Virus record (IMG/VR): IMGVR_UViG_3300025767_000021
Location: 1-58,294 of that record
Origin: a virus
Lineage: Duplodnaviria; Caudoviricetes
Length of the DNA stretch: 58,294 bases
Reading direction: 5' to 3' (one strand)
The notes under the pieces are model-generated. The model worked only from the letters and a program-made list of their open reading frames with translations. It did not search any database and was not told where the DNA came from. The stretch's first letter is position 1. Each line of letters begins with the position of its first letter. Below are positions 55,351-58,294 of the stretch, in pieces. The position numbers and the translations under genes are program-made.

Positions 55351-55358
55351 TATTTATA
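55351..55358 (+). promoter_or_regulatory. TATTTATA putative late promoter (second variant TATTTATT at 55309..55316)
   Basis: Recurrent motif 32 nt before ATG 55391, preceded by hairpin TAATTCTC/GAGAATTA at 55325..55345. Confidence 0.55.
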
Positions 55359-55390
55359 CTTGAAAAAACAAATTTAAAAAGGAAAATAAT

Positions 55391-55795
55391 ATGGCAATTT
55401 CATATTCTTGGAAAGTTACCCAAATGACCAAAAAAACAGTTGGGGATAATGAAAATGTAGTTCTTCATGTAAGATGGGACTTAATTGGTACTGATTCATC
55501 TACTGGTACTTCTGGTAAATTTAGTGGAGCAACTCCTTTAGATTTTGATTCATCATCAACTGATGAATTTGTTGCATATGGTGATTTAACTGAAGATTTA
55601 GTAATCGGATGGATTCAAAATATTGTAGTTGATTCTTATTGGGACCATGTAGTTGAAAAAATCAACGAACAAATCGATGCAATCAATGACCCAGAAGAAG
55701 AAGTTAAAGATGATGCTCTACCTTGGTCAACAGGTTCAGCTGATATGAGTCCAATTGTTACCGCAGAAGAAGCGGCTAGTGGTTCAGTAGAATAA
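55391..55795 (+). CDS. Fibre-associated phage protein
   Basis: MAISYSWKV...FVAYGDLTEDLVIGWIQ...LPW resembles small proteins often encoded next to phage fibres. Confidence 0.65.
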   Translation: MAISYSWKVTQMTKKTVGDNENVVLHVRWDLIGTDSSTGTSGKFSGATPLDFDSSSTDEFVAYGDLTEDLVIGWIQNIVVDSYWDHVVEKINEQIDAINDPEEEVKDDALPWSTGSADMSPIVTAEEAASGSVE

Positions 55796-55819
55796 TTGTT
55801 GGTTTGAACATTTTGGTTA

Positions 55820-55827
55820 TATTTATA
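55820..55827 (+). promoter_or_regulatory. TATTTATA putative late promoter of the sheath gene
   Basis: Recurrent motif, 41 nt before ATG 55869. Confidence 0.6.
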
Positions 55828-55868
55828 TAAGTAATAACAAAATCATTACTTAATAATACGGAGATAAT

Positions 55869-58160
55869 ATGGCAGAAAGAATTGTTTCACCTGGTGTGTT
55901 TACAAGAGAAAATGACCTTTCATTTTTAGCACAAGGTGTAGGAGAAATTGGGGCAGCGTTTATAGGACCTTTTAAACAAGGCCCAGCGTTCGTTCCCACA
56001 ATCGTTAGAACTCAATCGGAATTTGAGGATAAATTTGGTACACCTGATGGTACTTACTATACAGAATATGCAGTACAAAACTACTTGAGAGAGGCTGGAA
56101 CTGCAACAATCGTTAGAGTAGCGGGTGTTGGTGGTTATGAGCAAGTAGCACCTATTGGTTTAAAAGCTAGTGGTTCATTTGGTGAAACATTAATCGGAGT
56201 TCTTCATTCAACAAACAATGGTGATGAAGCAGTTGGATTTAGTGGTTTTAGTGTATCTAATGGAACGGCATCTGGTTCATTTGTAGTTAGTGGTAGTGGT
56301 ATTGGTGAAGTATCTTCATCTTTATTATCATCTGATAACAATGATGTAACTGATGTATTTGGTGTATCTGCATTGGGTTCAAAAGATGCATACACATACA
56401 CTTACTTTAGGAACGCTTATTCTGATATTGATACTGCTATTACTGGTGGTGTTGTAGTACAGGCTGAAGCTTTACCAACGCAAGACTTTACTTACGATGC
56501 TAGTGTAGCGGCAACTCCTTGGGTTAAATCACAACTTATCTCCGGTGAAAGATATGACCTATTCCGTTTCCATACTTTAGGACATGGTAATGGAGAAAAT
56601 ACAAGATTCAAAGTTTCTATCTCTGGTGTTAAAGCAGCGGGTGAAGATGGTGGTACTGATTACTCAGTATTTAGTGTAACTATCCGTTCATTCTCAGATA
56701 CTGATAAGAGAAAAGTAGTATTAGAATCATTTAACAATGTAAACTTAGACCCATCATCACCTAACTATATTGCAAGAGTGATTGGTGATAGATACTATAC
56801 TGTTAACTCAGAAGGTAAGATTAGTGAAAATGGTGATTGGTTAAATAACTCTAAATATATTAGAGTAGAAGTTGGTGCACAAGGTTCTTACCCTGTATCA
56901 GCTGCACCATTCGCACATGGAGCTTACGAAAACTCAATTAAAGTAACTGACCCAACATTAGTACCTGCGGTAGTTTACCAAACAACTTCAACTTCAAACA
57001 CAACTGGTAATCCTTACCAATATGCTGGTTTCAACTTTGAAACTGCTGGTGTTAAGTTGGATAACGCTAACTACTTAAAACCAATTCCTGATGCAGCTGG
57101 TACTGGCTCGAATGTTGTATTCGGATTTGATTCTCAGTTATCATTGGAAATGACTGGTTCTGCAGCAGCAGATATGATTAAGAGACAATTCACATTGGCA
57201 TTCCAAGGTGGATTTGATGGAATGAGTCCTGCTAGAGAAATCTCTTTAGGAGCATCAATCTCAGCTGGTAACTCACAAGGATTTGATTTAACCGATTCAA
57301 CTGCTAGTGGTTCAGTAGCATACGCTAAAGCTGTGAACGCAATCTCTAACGCTGATGAGTTTGATATCAATATGGTAGTAACTCCAGGTATCGTAAGAAG
57401 ATTACACACCGCAGTTGTTACTGATGTATTGGATATGGTAGAAGCTAGACAAGATTGTTTCTACATCTCTGATTTCACCGCAGTAAATGATACTATCGCT
57501 CAAGCAACCGCACAAGCGGCAGCAGTAGATTCTAACTATGTTGGAACTTACTACCCTTGGGTTAAGACAGTAGATACGAATACTAACAAACTAATCTCAG
57601 TTCCACCTTCAGTATTACTTCCAGCGGTTTACGCAGCAAATGACGCTATTGCAGCTGAATGGTTCGCACCTGCTGGTTTGAATAGAGGTGGTATTGTAGG
57701 AGCAGTTTCAGTTCTTAATAGATTGACTCACTCTGAAAGAGATACCTTATACGAAAACAAAGTAAACCCAATCGCTTCATTCCCTGGACAAGGTATTGTG
57801 GCATTTGGACAGAAAACTCTGCAAGATAGAGCATCTGCTTTAGATAGAATCAATGTAAGAAGATTGTTAATTAATGTTAAGAAGTTTGTGGCATCTACTT
57901 CTAGATTCTTAGTGTTCGAACAAAATACCGCTACAACAAGAGGTAGATTTATCAACACCGTACAACCTTACTTAGAAGCAATTCAACAAAGACAAGGTTT
58001 ATACGCATTCAAAGTAGTTATGGATGAAACTAACAACACTCCTGATGTAGTTGATAGAAACATACTTGCTGGACAGATTTTCTTACAACCGGCTAAGACC
58101 GCTGAATTCATTGTAATTGATTTCAACATCTTACCAACTGGAGCATCGTTCTCGGCATAA
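55869..58160 (+). CDS. gp18: Contractile tail sheath protein, gp18-like
   Basis: SPGVFTRENDLS, TYYPWV, WFAPAGLNRG, RDTLYENKVNPI, GQKTLQ...SALDRINVRRLL and FLQPAKTAEFIVIDF motifs. Confidence 0.96.
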   Translation: MAERIVSPGVFTRENDLSFLAQGVGEIGAAFIGPFKQGPAFVPTIVRTQSEFEDKFGTPDGTYYTEYAVQNYLREAGTATIVRVAGVGGYEQVAPIGLKASGSFGETLIGVLHSTNNGDEAVGFSGFSVSNGTASGSFVVSGSGIGEVSSSLLSSDNNDVTDVFGVSALGSKDAYTYTYFRNAYSDIDTAITGGVVVQAEALPTQDFTYDASVAATPWVKSQLISGERYDLFRFHTLGHGNGENTRFKVSISGVKAAGEDGGTDYSVFSVTIRSFSDTDKRKVVLESFNNVNLDPSSPNYIARVIGDRYYTVNSEGKISENGDWLNNSKYIRVEVGAQGSYPVSAAPFAHGAYENSIKVTDPTLVPAVVYQTTSTSNTTGNPYQYAGFNFETAGVKLDNANYLKPIPDAAGTGSNVVFGFDSQLSLEMTGSAAADMIKRQFTLAFQGGFDGMSPAREISLGASISAGNSQGFDLTDSTASGSVAYAKAVNAISNADEFDINMVVTPGIVRRLHTAVVTDVLDMVEARQDCFYISDFTAVNDTIAQATAQAAAVDSNYVGTYYPWVKTVDTNTNKLISVPPSVLLPAVYAANDAIAAEWFAPAGLNRGGIVGAVSVLNRLTHSERDTLYENKVNPIASFPGQGIVAFGQKTLQDRASALDRINVRRLLINVKKFVASTSRFLVFEQNTATTRGRFINTVQPYLEAIQQRQGLYAFKVVMDETNNTPDVVDRNILAGQIFLQPAKTAEFIVIDFNILPTGASFSA

Positions 58161-58179
58161 TCAAAAAATGAAAAACTAA

Positions 58180-58187
58180 TATTTATT
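58180..58187 (+). promoter_or_regulatory. TATTTATT putative late promoter of the tube gene
   Basis: Recurrent motif, 22 nt before ATG 58210. Confidence 0.55.
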
Positions 58188-58209
58188 AGTATAAAATAGG
58201 AAATATAAA

Positions 58210-58294
58210 ATGGCAGAAGTATTAGAATTTAACGAAATGTTCTTCACCAACTTCGAACCGAAGATGAAGAATCGCTATATTATGGAGATTGATG
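58210..58294 (+). CDS. Tail tube protein, gp19-like (3'-truncated)
   Basis: MAEVLEFNEMFFTNFEPKMKNRYIMEID; the EPK..NR[FY] start is typical of myophage tube proteins, and it directly follows the sheath gene. Confidence 0.75.
   Translation, partial: MAEVLEFNEMFFTNFEPKMKNRYIMEID

Noticed and set aside
1-58294. Stop-codon reassignment or tRNA genes
   Set aside because: The standard code gives dense, uninterrupted ORFs including 11-13 kb genes; no cloverleaf seen in the short intergenic gaps.

Overview
All-plus-strand, AT-rich virion morphogenesis region of a large T4-like myophage (distant T4 relative). Gene order: portal (5'-truncated), three putative head-internal proteins, prohead protease, three more head-internal proteins, acidic scaffold, major capsid protein, free-standing GIY-YIG endonuclease, a decoration/fibre protein, neck proteins (gp13/14/15-like), about 38 kb of giant appendage genes (4477, 3645 and 3624 aa) with small accessory genes, tail sheath, and the start of the tail tube. 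Best candidate for a new system: the 4477-aa virion protein carries 21 copies of a ~108-aa helical domain. Its core (C-x-R-D-[VIT]-G-[YF]-I-[LIV]-D-A-V-x-x-D-L-x-Y-G-G) aligns without gaps to the bilin-attachment helix of phycobiliproteins (Cys84/Arg86/Asp87), and the next giant protein has a cupredoxin-like domain with an intact type-1 copper motif. Other observations: head polyproteins punctuated by ES[VIT][NT]E linkers; a pervasive [ST]-[GAS]-S motif largely restricted to outer virion proteins; proline-free or proline-poor Gly-X-Y tracts (about 1100 and 380 aa); a recurrent TATTTAT[AT] putative late promoter; and a recoded capsid-gene 3' end next to the homing endonuclease. All calls are by eye; no searches were run.
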